A stretch of 64,000 nucleotides of DNA from the sequence record NC_048779.1; one strand, 5' to 3'. Below, one piece after another: positions 7,747 through 17,200 of this stretch. The translations under genes were made by a program, and so were the position numbers. The first letter of the stretch is position 1; each line of letters starts with the position of its first letter. The notes beneath the pieces were generated by a model that had not been told where the DNA came from, ran no database searches, and was given only the letters and a program-made list of their open reading frames with translations.

Positions 7747-9828
7747 ATGTTTAGTATGTTATTCGGACCCAGTATAGAGGTGGATGACCAACGTGCCATC
7801 ATCTCTGGGTTATCTTGGCGTCCGTTTGAACAAGACGTTAATAGACTTTACGGGACCACCACCATCACTAAGTATATGCTTAGTCGGGTTAATTCTCGCA
7901 AGTTTGAAGTTAAATCATTTTTCCTTTTGGAGCTCAATCACCTAATAACTAAACTACTTCAGTTAAAAAGTACTCGAGTAAATCGCCGTGACTTAGTGAA
8001 GGTACAAGAGCTTATCCAAACTGAAACTTGGGTGCAGAGTACATTAGTACCGCAACCTTCTTTGTTCGATATGAACAAGCTAAAGCGAACGGTTAAACTT
8101 AAGCCATTAGACCCACAGCTACGCTTCTTGGAAACTTACACATCTCGTAAAGCTTCTTATCACCTAAAAGGATTGTTATTAGATGGTAAAGCTGGGAGTG
8201 GTAAGACCGCCCTATCACTGATGTGGTCTGAATCGCTTCCTAAGGGTAAGACTGTTGGGTTCGTTCCTTTGAACGTTATTGAAGAAGTGTGGGCTAATCA
8301 CATGACCAATAACATCAAACACGAGGTGTGGGTTAAACCCCCAAAGTTTTGGCATTCCAAGATGGATCGTTCGCCTCAGAAAGATGACGAATACTACTTT
8401 ATTCACTATGAGTTCATGTTAGATCCTTTGTGTGAAAAATACATGCGAATGATTCATTCCTTTAACGCAGGGAATCCGGCGTTTAAGATGATCGTCGATG
8501 AGTGTCATAACTTTAACGATCCGAGCTCGAAGCGCACCAAGAAGCTTATTGAGTACAACGAAGTTTATAGTTTCACTGACGCACTACCTATGTCCGGCAC
8601 CCCGATCAAAGGAGTCGGTAAAGAAGCCTACACGATCTTCTGTTTGATCGATAGCTTCTTCAAGGGTAATGTGAGAAAAGCGTTCCTAGACGGTTATGGT
8701 CGCTCTCGTGATAAACTCAACGAACTACTGGCTCACCGCATTGGTGCTGAGAAATATACGATCGCGGTACTGGATGGAATGGGAGACGCGCCAATCCCAG
8801 AACGTGTGAAGGTTAAAGTTCCGTTTGCTGAACACTTCACTCTGGATTCCATCCGTAACCAAATGCAAGTTTACATCCAAGATCGTTATAAGTATTATTC
8901 CAATAACATGGAACAGTACGTAAGTTACTTCAATGACATAATCAGTGGTTACCGTGCACATTGTGTTAAACGTAATGATCAGAAAGCGTTGAGTGAACTA
9001 GACGAATACCTCCGTATCGTGAACAAGTTCCGTAAAGATGGGTACAATAACTTCACCGATTCTGATTTATCTAAACGTGCTAAAGAAATCGAATTAGATA
9101 TAGAAGAATGGATGCGTCCAACGGAACGTAAACATTTCCGTAATGCTAAGTCGATCGTCAAGTACGTTGGGTTGAAGATTCAAGGGGAAGCGTTAGGTAA
9201 CGTTTTAGGCAAAGCTCGTATCGAAGCCGTTAAAGCGTTGGTTGAGTACGCGGACTTACCAAGTTACATCGACCACGTAGAGAAAAAGACCCTTATCTTT
9301 ACAGATCACGTTGATGTGGTTTATGAGTGTGATGATCACCTAACTAAGCAAGGTTACGATACCATCTTCGTTTACGGTAATAATACAAGTGAGCGTGATA
9401 AACTCGTCGCTCAGTTTGGTGAGTCAGAAACCAAGAACCCGTTGATCACGACATTCAAATCACTGTCTACTGGTTATCCTTTGTTAATGGCTAACCAAGT
9501 GTTGTGTATGAATGCTCCTTGGCGTGATTACACGTTAACTCAAACGATCGCTAGGGTGCATCGTCAGGGGCAAACTGCTCCTACCTTTGCATACATGTTT
9601 GAATTAGACACAAACGGTCGAGAGAACGTTACAGGGCGTAATTTGGATATCATGCAATGGAGTCGGGAACAAGTTGCTCAGATCATGTCAGTGCAGCACG
9701 GCGAAGACGTAACCTTAGTGGGGGTAGCTGGCACTGAAGATCTCTTCGATGCTGATCACACACTATGGGATGAGTCGGTGACACCACCTAAAGTGGTTAC
9801 TCACGTGAGTCCGATGGGATTGTTTTAA
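7747..9828 (+). CDS. SF2 (SNF2-like) DEAD/DEAH-box helicase
   Basis: Motif I GKAGSGKT, motif II DECH, motif III SGTP, motif VI QTIARVHRQGQ. Confidence 0.9.
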   Translation: MFSMLFGPSIEVDDQRAIISGLSWRPFEQDVNRLYGTTTITKYMLSRVNSRKFEVKSFFLLELNHLITKLLQLKSTRVNRRDLVKVQELIQTETWVQSTLVPQPSLFDMNKLKRTVKLKPLDPQLRFLETYTSRKASYHLKGLLLDGKAGSGKTALSLMWSESLPKGKTVGFVPLNVIEEVWANHMTNNIKHEVWVKPPKFWHSKMDRSPQKDDEYYFIHYEFMLDPLCEKYMRMIHSFNAGNPAFKMIVDECHNFNDPSSKRTKKLIEYNEVYSFTDALPMSGTPIKGVGKEAYTIFCLIDSFFKGNVRKAFLDGYGRSRDKLNELLAHRIGAEKYTIAVLDGMGDAPIPERVKVKVPFAEHFTLDSIRNQMQVYIQDRYKYYSNNMEQYVSYFNDIISGYRAHCVKRNDQKALSELDEYLRIVNKFRKDGYNNFTDSDLSKRAKEIELDIEEWMRPTERKHFRNAKSIVKYVGLKIQGEALGNVLGKARIEAVKALVEYADLPSYIDHVEKKTLIFTDHVDVVYECDDHLTKQGYDTIFVYGNNTSERDKLVAQFGESETKNPLITTFKSLSTGYPLLMANQVLCMNAPWRDYTLTQTIARVHRQGQTAPTFAYMFELDTNGRENVTGRNLDIMQWSREQVAQIMSVQHGEDVTLVGVAGTEDLFDADHTLWDESVTPPKVVTHVSPMGLF

Positions 9829-9844
9829 AAAAATAAATAAGTAT

Positions 9845-9879
9845 AGTAACTAGGACTCCTTATCGGAGCCCTAGTTACT
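9845..9879. terminator. Bidirectional terminator between convergent genes
   Basis: agtaactagg-actcc...ggagc-cctagttact between the helicase stop and the 9892 stop. Confidence 0.7.
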
Positions 9880-9891
9880 TATCACTTTCGT

Positions 9892-10383
9892 TTAGCGTTT
9901 ACGAGCATAACGGTTTGACACTTCCATGATTTTGTTTAACAGACTTGTGGTGAGTTCACGAATATTAGGTGTTTCAATGCGAACATCTTTTTCGATTTGC
10001 GAACTAATAACTACTGATTCCATGGACAGTTCAACATCAGTATAGAAAAAGGTTCCCTTGATACAGAACTCTTCACGGTAGACGTTGATTAGTGTTGATA
10101 GGCACGTTCTAGGGGAACGACTAAGATTGATCAGACCTTTAGGGTCGATGATAAATAACCCCAACAAAATCTTAGTTAGTTGTTGGGCTCCCCAAATCTC
10201 ACTGCCGTTAAAACCATCAATAAAACTTTTAGGGTAAGTGCGACGGGTTAGATTGGTTTCTTTACCGTCGTCTAGCTTGATGACCAAAGTGCCGTACTCT
10301 CCATCGAAAGATGATTCGATTCGAGAAGACGTCTTAGTGTTAAAGGTAAAGCTACGACCTTGGATGATTTGCTTGTCAGTCAT
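9892..10383 (-). CDS. Hypothetical protein (family B)
   Basis: 163 aa; DPKGLINLSRSPRTCLSTL resembles NPKLFDLISRRSYKFTLATL of the adjacent gene. Confidence 0.75.
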   Translation of the reverse strand: MTDKQIIQGRSFTFNTKTSSRIESSFDGEYGTLVIKLDDGKETNLTRRTYPKSFIDGFNGSEIWGAQQLTKILLGLFIIDPKGLINLSRSPRTCLSTLINVYREEFCIKGTFFYTDVELSMESVVISSQIEKDVRIETPNIRELTTSLLNKIMEVSNRYARKR

Positions 10384-10402
10384 GGATGACTCCTTAATGA
10401 AT

Positions 10403-10873
10403 TTAGATAAAAGTTCGAGATTGAATTAGATTGGGTTTCCAATCATCGATGTTTAAAGTGAGTTCGTGATTACCTGCTACTTTCAAAGACAACTTACGAC
10501 CTTGTCTTGAACTTAAATAAGCAGTTCGATTACGATAACGAACAGACCAGATTTTTCCCAATGGATAAAAGTGGTCCAGTAATTGTTTTAATGTAGCTAA
10601 GGTGAATTTGTAAGACCGTCGACTAATGAGGTCAAACAACTTAGGGTTGGTTAAATACTCGAACAGTACACTGACTATGATGTCTTCATGCACCGGTCTA
10701 AATATTGTAAAAGCGGTATATTTGGTACGTTGGTTCCCCTTACCGGAAGAACCAACGTAACCATACCACTTACCATCCCGTTTATTTACCACACACCAGT
10801 ATTGTTGGTGTTGGTGTAAGATCGCCGTCGGGACGTCTATGTCCTCCGGGAGATCCGAGATGCAAGTATCCAT
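10403..10873 (-). CDS. Hypothetical protein (family B)
   Basis: 156 aa; paralogous segment with 9892-10383. Confidence 0.75.
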   Translation of the reverse strand: MDTCISDLPEDIDVPTAILHQHQQYWCVVNKRDGKWYGYVGSSGKGNQRTKYTAFTIFRPVHEDIIVSVLFEYLTNPKLFDLISRRSYKFTLATLKQLLDHFYPLGKIWSVRYRNRTAYLSSRQGRKLSLKVAGNHELTLNIDDWKPNLIQSRTFI

Positions 10874-10874
10874 A

Positions 10875-11399
10875 CTAGTTTACCAAATCAGTCAACGTCA
10901 GTCTGAATTGAGCGTTATGGGTCCAAGGGTGAAGGATAGACCCACTTAACCCCAGTTTGCTTTCTTCAGGCAGATGTGTGTTGAGGAACTCGGTGAAACG
11001 TTCTTGAAGCTCTTCTCCAGTAAAGTACTTACCGTCTTGTTCTTTTGCCATTCGATATGACTCGACACAAATATGACGGAAGTAGTCTTCAGGGAGCACG
11101 GACTTCAAGTTATGATCAACTGGGAACTCTCGATATTTTAAATCCATCTTGAGACCTAGTTTGGTTTTTAGCGTAGAAGTAAATCCCTTAGGCAACACTT
11201 CCATTTGAATGCAGTTGGTTACGGTTAACGTACCCGGCTTTGCACCCAAGCGAGAGACTTCACGATGTAACTGACGACGAGCGTCATTAAGCCTTGCGGA
11301 GATACCACGTAAACAAGCAGACTCACTGCTCTTACGTAGAGAGACAACTGAATTGGCAAAGTCCTCTGCCATTTTTATAAAAATTATTTCCTGAGACAT
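10875..11399 (-). CDS. Hypothetical protein
   Basis: 174 aa ORF abutting the next gene; AAGG RBS. Confidence 0.75.
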   Translation of the reverse strand: MSQEIIFIKMAEDFANSVVSLRKSSESACLRGISARLNDARRQLHREVSRLGAKPGTLTVTNCIQMEVLPKGFTSTLKTKLGLKMDLKYREFPVDHNLKSVLPEDYFRHICVESYRMAKEQDGKYFTGEELQERFTEFLNTHLPEESKLGLSGSILHPWTHNAQFRLTLTDLVN

Positions 11400-11419
11400 G
11401 GTTATAAAACCTTAATATA

Positions 11420-11872
11420 TTAGCTTGCTTTAGGTAGCAAGACACTGGTGAATACGCGACCATAGTAACACGGGTGCTGTAGTACCCAGCGACCTTCGAA
11501 TTTCTCTGGTCTGAAAACTAATTGATCTTCAGTGAACGAAGAACCCAGTAGACGGTTGATGTCTTCCAACTTATGGTTAGGACGAACAGCGACGTAATGA
11601 TGCATAGCGCGTTCATCGTAGTACAACCCTTCTTCGTCGTCTTTACGTCCACCTTGTTTATGACATAGGTCATTTAAAATAGGTGTGATGCTTACACGTT
11701 TCCAAGATAGTGGAATACGCTTACCATTATTAAACCCCTCTGCGGTAAAACGATCTGGGTAATCTGGGTTTTGACGGATGGTGTCGGGATCGACATCGAA
11801 TTCTCCATCCAGTGAAATACCGTGTTGTGCGATTACCAAACGTTTAATCATTTCTGCTAATGACGCTTTCAT
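11420..11872 (-). CDS. Stand-alone copy of the N-terminal domain of the large Ig protein (probable virion protein family)
   Basis: Start moved to MKASL (ATG 11872, AAGG upstream); GLYYDERAMHHYVAVRPNHKLEDINRLLGSSF matches GLYYVEDIAELYLVVKDSMTIEEIQRLLGYKF in 14249-17932. Confidence 0.7.
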   Translation of the reverse strand: MKASLAEMIKRLVIAQHGISLDGEFDVDPDTIRQNPDYPDRFTAEGFNNGKRIPLSWKRVSITPILNDLCHKQGGRKDDEEGLYYDERAMHHYVAVRPNHKLEDINRLLGSSFTEDQLVFRPEKFEGRWVLQHPCYYGRVFTSVLLPKAS

Positions 11873-11964
11873 AGACTGTACCTTATTATTTTTTACTGAT
11901 TTCACTTTTTTGAGAGAGTGAAGTTTTTTGATCAATAAAATTCTAAGGCACAGTCGAAAGTTAA

Positions 11965-12297
11965 TTATTGGATCTTTTTAAAGGTGAATCCGTACAAGTG
12001 ATCTTCAATCACCCAAGCGCGTTCAAAAGGTGTGTCTTCAGGTAACATTTTGGTTACGTCAGCGTAACGACCTTCATAGACTTCACGGATCCCGGTTAAG
12101 AGTGTTTGTTCAACCGGATTAAGTTTTTCCATTTCAAGCTCTGGAGCTTCGTCTATTCCAGATTCTGAAATTCTTGTTCCTGTTATGAATACTTCGGTAT
12201 CCAATACGTGGAAGTATTTAGCAACGGGCGCGGGTTTACCGTCTTGGTTGGCTTCTTCGATCGTCTTTTTGAAAAACTCTAGTTGGGATTTTAACAT
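11965..12297 (-). CDS. Hypothetical protein
   Basis: 110 aa ORF directly downstream of 12301-13320. Confidence 0.7.
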   Translation of the reverse strand: MLKSQLEFFKKTIEEANQDGKPAPVAKYFHVLDTEVFITGTRISESGIDEAPELEMEKLNPVEQTLLTGIREVYEGRYADVTKMLPEDTPFERAWVIEDHLYGFTFKKIQ

Positions 12298-12300
12298 GAT

Positions 12301-13320
12301 TTAGATCTCTGTAAGTTGGTTGATTTTCTCGTCGATCATATTACAAAATAATACTCGACCGTAAGGTTCAGCGTCATGGTCGCCAAAGTAGTTGTAGATG
12401 TACGTGACAAGCACGACATTCAATTTTAGGTAATCACTTGGGAGAATGTCTTCAGGTAAATCTAAAACCGCGCCTGACTCGATAGAGACGCAGAAATGTT
12501 TACCTTCGATTTCTACTTCTAGGATGCGTCCGTGTTCTTCGCTTGGTCGCATGCTAAGGGTTACATTATTAGGACCGCCTTCAATACAAGGTGCTGGAAG
12601 GTGACCGTAAGTAGAGAGGTATTTAGGGTGGTCCATTAACTCTGCCAGAATAGTTAGTGCCACAGGAAGATCGTAATGGAACTCCACACCGAAACGCGCC
12701 TTTGCTTCTTGACGGAGTTGTTGAATTAGCTCATCCACGACCAATTCATTACGGGAACACCACATCGCTAAACGCTCACTCGTTGGAGTATGACAAGGTT
12801 CAGGGTCATCCAAGAACTGCCATATCTCAGTACCTTCCAATTCAAAAGACCAAAGGATTAGATCTGGGTGATCACTGTAGCGACCTAGGAACATAGGTAA
12901 AGTAGAATCTTCAATCAGTTTGATTGGGAACGGGAAAGATTCTTCATTAGCTTTTAGGTGACGAAGAATAGTTCGAACCGTAACGAGTAAGTTAAAATAA
13001 CCACGAGTGATGTCACGGTCCACGATTCTAGGAATCCAACGATTGATATCACGGTGGTCTAAGTAGGCTAGGTTCACCGCATCACCTAGACGCCCGATCA
13101 AATAATTAAACTTATTAGGGTGTTCTTTAAAGACCACGTCTACCTTACCACGACTACAAGTCAAGATGTCTTCTTGTTCTGTCGTCCTTAACTTCCAATC
13201 TTCGGGAGACTGGCATTCCAAAACAACATAATGGTCTCCGCCCACTTCAGTTGAAAAAGGAATGAAGTTTACATCGAGTCCACCTAAGGTGGTTTTTATA
13301 GCTTGTATTAATGTTTTCAT
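12301..13320 (-). CDS. Hypothetical protein
   Basis: 339 aa ORF with GGAG RBS. Confidence 0.8.
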   Translation of the reverse strand: MKTLIQAIKTTLGGLDVNFIPFSTEVGGDHYVVLECQSPEDWKLRTTEQEDILTCSRGKVDVVFKEHPNKFNYLIGRLGDAVNLAYLDHRDINRWIPRIVDRDITRGYFNLLVTVRTILRHLKANEESFPFPIKLIEDSTLPMFLGRYSDHPDLILWSFELEGTEIWQFLDDPEPCHTPTSERLAMWCSRNELVVDELIQQLRQEAKARFGVEFHYDLPVALTILAELMDHPKYLSTYGHLPAPCIEGGPNNVTLSMRPSEEHGRILEVEIEGKHFCVSIESGAVLDLPEDILPSDYLKLNVVLVTYIYNYFGDHDAEPYGRVLFCNMIDEKINQLTEI

Positions 13321-13338
13321 ACTGACTCCGGTAAGTAA

Positions 13339-13364
13339 CTAAAGGTGTCCGAAGACACCTTTAG
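13339..13364 (-). terminator. Intrinsic terminator with cUUCGg tetraloop
   Basis: Minus strand ctaaaggtgtc-TTCG-gacacctttag just after the stop at 13368. Confidence 0.75.
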
Positions 13365-13367
13365 CCG

Positions 13368-14138
13368 TTAACCTTGATATAAATGTTGGATGAGTTCAAA
13401 AGAATCCAAACGTTCGTCGTCCCAGAAGTTTGGTTCTAAGTGTTTATAAACGATAGCGCTGTTGTTGGTGTTAATCGTTTCGAAGTGTAGTGTGATGTAA
13501 TAATTATCCAATTCAGTATGAACTAGATGTACTTTGGTTTCACAATACTCTCTGGAACGAGGACGTTTCATACAGTAAGTTAATGTGAGTGATTCATCTA
13601 GCTTTAAATCGAACTCACGAGCGATATGAGGACGTGTGAAGAACCACACCCATAAAGACAACCAGTTACTGCTAAAAGCCTTTAGATCTTCATCTAGAAG
13701 CTTTTGATAGTCACTGAGTCCATAACGCAATAACTTACCAGCCAAGTCATCACTGTGGAGTTTCATGGTTTCCCCAACCACCTTGATGACTAATGAATTA
13801 AGTGATTCTGCGTTCTCCGCTAACAAACGGAATAATTCCGGATGATTTAAAATAAGGGTACGGAGTTCTTGGATCACCTTAACGGCAGGAACCCGACCTT
13901 TATCATTTAAAACAACATCATGGTACTTTCCGTCTTCGTCTATGAAAAAGAACGAAGCTTGCTGGTTCTCATGATGTATGCCAAATGATACATGATCGGT
14001 ACTAATGAGTTTACGGTCTCGGTATTCATCGAATACTTCCACGTAACCCATGATTTGTCCTAGCCATGACAAAGAGACCATTAACTGCTGGAAGTCATGA
14101 CAATAACGTTGATGTTGCATAGACATTTCCTTACTCAT
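13368..14138 (-). CDS. Hypothetical protein (family B); first gene behind a putative early promoter
   Basis: 256 aa; DEDGKYHDV...LILNHPELFRLLAE. Confidence 0.78.
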   Translation of the reverse strand: MSKEMSMQHQRYCHDFQQLMVSLSWLGQIMGYVEVFDEYRDRKLISTDHVSFGIHHENQQASFFFIDEDGKYHDVVLNDKGRVPAVKVIQELRTLILNHPELFRLLAENAESLNSLVIKVVGETMKLHSDDLAGKLLRYGLSDYQKLLDEDLKAFSSNWLSLWVWFFTRPHIAREFDLKLDESLTLTYCMKRPRSREYCETKVHLVHTELDNYYITLHFETINTNNSAIVYKHLEPNFWDDERLDSFELIQHLYQG

Positions 14139-14161
14139 AAAAGCTTAATTAAGTTTCCCTT

Positions 14162-14179
14162 ACACTCTTATGATATAGA
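14162..14179 (-). promoter_or_regulatory. Putative early promoter (copy 2)
   Basis: Minus strand TCTATAT-CATAAG-AGTGT, 24 bp upstream of the start at 14138. Confidence 0.6.
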
Positions 14180-14187
14180 CTCGAAAT

Positions 14188-14220
14188 AATATAAAGCGGA
14201 TGTTTAGTCCGCTTTATATT
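14188..14220. terminator. 13-bp perfect inverted repeat terminator
   Basis: aatataaagcgga-7nt-tccgctttatatt after the stop at 14249. Confidence 0.75.
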
Positions 14221-14248
14221 TCTTATTTTAATTATTTTGATTTAGAGC

Positions 14249-17200
14249 TTAGCTCCAAGTTACAGTGTACTCTTTACGGTCGTCTCCGCCTAGGAACGCA
14301 TAAATCATGCTCTTAGCTTCGGTTTCCGTAAACTCATACACCACCACACCTTCTAGATCTGAAGTACGAGCCGGCCAAGTCATGTTACCATCGTACATCA
14401 CTACTTGTTCTTGATCCATTGGCTGACCATTCTGGTCAACAGTAGTGATAGTGAAGGTTACTGTCTCGCCTGCTGCGACGTTCAGATTACCGTGTTGGAC
14501 ATCAATGCCTGTGTAAACTGGAGCCGGGTCTGACCAAGTGATCGTGTGAGATGTGCCTGTTACACCACCACCGCCGCTGAAGTTGTACGTTACCGCACCT
14601 TCATCTTCAGAGCTGAAGCTGAACGTAAGTTCGCCGTTTCCGTCAGTGAAGCTAACTGGGAATGGTGCACCACCGGTATTCCAAGTAACCGCTTGGTTAG
14701 GCATCGGATCACCGTTCTGGTCTTTAGTCACGATCTTAACAGGAACCGTTTCACCGGTTGTACCGGTCGTCTCACCTGAAACTACTTCAATAGTACTGTA
14801 GACTGCCGGAGGCGCTGCCCAAGTCAATGTAATCGGTAAATCAACACCATCCGCACTTACAGTTAACGTAGCGTTGGTTTCGCTGTCTTCTGTAATAGTG
14901 AATGTGTTACCGTTTTGAGTTGGTGTCGCCGCACCAGTGTAAGTGAACGTTGGTTCTTTACTTACTACCGGGTTACCGTCGCTGTTCAACAACTCTACTT
15001 TGACTGTGATCTCTTGATCAGCAACAACGTCGTTGTCCACTGGAGCTACTTGGTTAATAGCTGTCACTAGGTTAGGGTCTTTCCAAGTCACGTTAAGGTC
15101 TTGGGTTACCGAACCTGTAACGACAGTGTAAACCTTCGCACCCGGGTTAGATTCAGTATGGGTGAAACTAAAGCTACCGTTTGCCAGTGTTGCTTGGGAA
15201 TCCAACAATGTGTCACCGTCTTTAAGTTCGACGGTTACGCCTTCCATTACCCCACCTTTCTGGTCTTTCAAAGTACCAGTGATAGTGATATTCTGGTCAA
15301 CGTTCTCGACCTTATCTGCTGTATCCATTTCAAAGGTCGTTGGGACGCGAGTTTCGAATACTGTTAGGTTAACCGTTACCGCTAATGTATCTACTTCGAC
15401 CGCATCTGCAATCAACTCGTAATCGCCTTCAGCTACCGCAGTGCCTACGTAAGCAAACGTACCGTCAGCGTTACACAGAACGTCGTTAGTTTCACCAGCA
15501 TCATTCGTAATAGTTACGTGTGTGGTTGACCAATCTTTCGTGTAGTTAACTTCGATTTGACCTGTTACCGTGTAATCTTCACCCGGCTCAACGGTTGTCG
15601 GAACCACGGCGAGGTTGTTGATTACTGGTTCTGATTTAACCGTCCAGTTAACCGTGATTGGTGTTGTTAAACTACCTGCTTTCACATTGATCGTTTGAGA
15701 CAACTCACCGTTATCGCGATACACTGCATCGAAACTGAATCCACTTTCTGTGGTCGTTTGTGTTTCGGTATGACCATCTGGGTATTCCAGAGTTACGGTT
15801 TCACCCTGCATTGGGTCGTCGTATTGGTCAACTACGGTACCTTCTACTTTTAAAGTAGTGTCAGTAAACAAATCCACTGTAGTTGGGGACGCCATCTGAA
15901 TTGCAGTCAGGATATGGTTCTTAGCCCATGTTACGGCGATAGACGCGCCAATATCGTTTTCACCAGCAAAAGAGTAAAGGTGTTCCGATTCATCAGTTTC
16001 AGTGATGTCTACATTGAACACACCTTGTTCGTCAGAAGTAATGTCCGAGACTTTAACACCGTTGTTCTTAAATACCAGAGGTACATTAGCGACGACTGTG
16101 TCGGTTTGATCTACTGTTTTACCAGAGAGCGTGATTGGTTGGTCTGTTACCCCTTCGGTTGGGTTACTTGGGTCTAACACCACTTCGTCAAAACGACGGA
16201 CTAGGTTCCAAGTAAAATCAATCGGTTTTACTAACGACTGACATTTCAGGGTAATGGATTCTACTACTGTGTTCTCTGCATCCACTGGAGAGTCCAAAGT
16301 AGCCACGTACTCGTCACCGTCAACGACGTAGGCTTTAGGCGCACCGTTTTCACGGTACCATGTACCACTGGTACCCACCATAGGGCGTTCTACGGTGTCG
16401 TAGATTTTGAATCGTAGTTCGGCAGGTTTAAATAATTCACCTTCATCGTTGATGATTTCAAAACGCCCCGGAATTTGTTCTGAAGGTTGCACAGTAATCG
16501 TAATTACGTTAGACTCTTCTTCACCCAAACGAAGTTTTACAGCGTAGGTCACTGGATCGGAAGTATCGTTTTCCACATCGTAAATGTGTTCTAGTACACC
16601 TTCTGGGGAAGCAAACAACTGAGTAGTTACTTGATCGTCAACAAGGAAATCCACAGGAACATCCGTCATAGTCAGATCGTCTGACGATAACAAAGAACTT
16701 GTTAGTGTCACTAACTCGTCCGCACCCACTTCCGTTTTATCCGCTGACAGAGGACCGATGATTAAATCATCCACGCTAAGTGCTGCTAGAATTTGGTGTG
16801 TTTGAGAGAACATGTTTAAGTCTTGTGGTAAGCCACAAACGAACTTCACCACCATCTCACCAGCAACCACTGGTGTGTGTTCAACATCAAACGTCCCGTT
16901 AGTGCCGAATGGGATTTCTACCGGACCTTCACCTTGTTCTTCAATGATGATCTTCGGTTCAAGGAGTTCGTCACCCCAAGGTGTGCGACCAAAGTCACCA
17001 CTCACGCTGCCCGCGATGCGGAACGGTTCACCCACACGGGTTTTGTCAACGTTAACCGTGTATTCGTCGATATCCCAATGCTCATCGACATAAGACACCG
17101 AATAAACATCAGTGAGTTTATCGCGATCCAAACCAACGGATACCAATAATTGCAGATCGTCAGTAACTTCCCCGGATAAACCTAAGTCAATATCAAAAGT

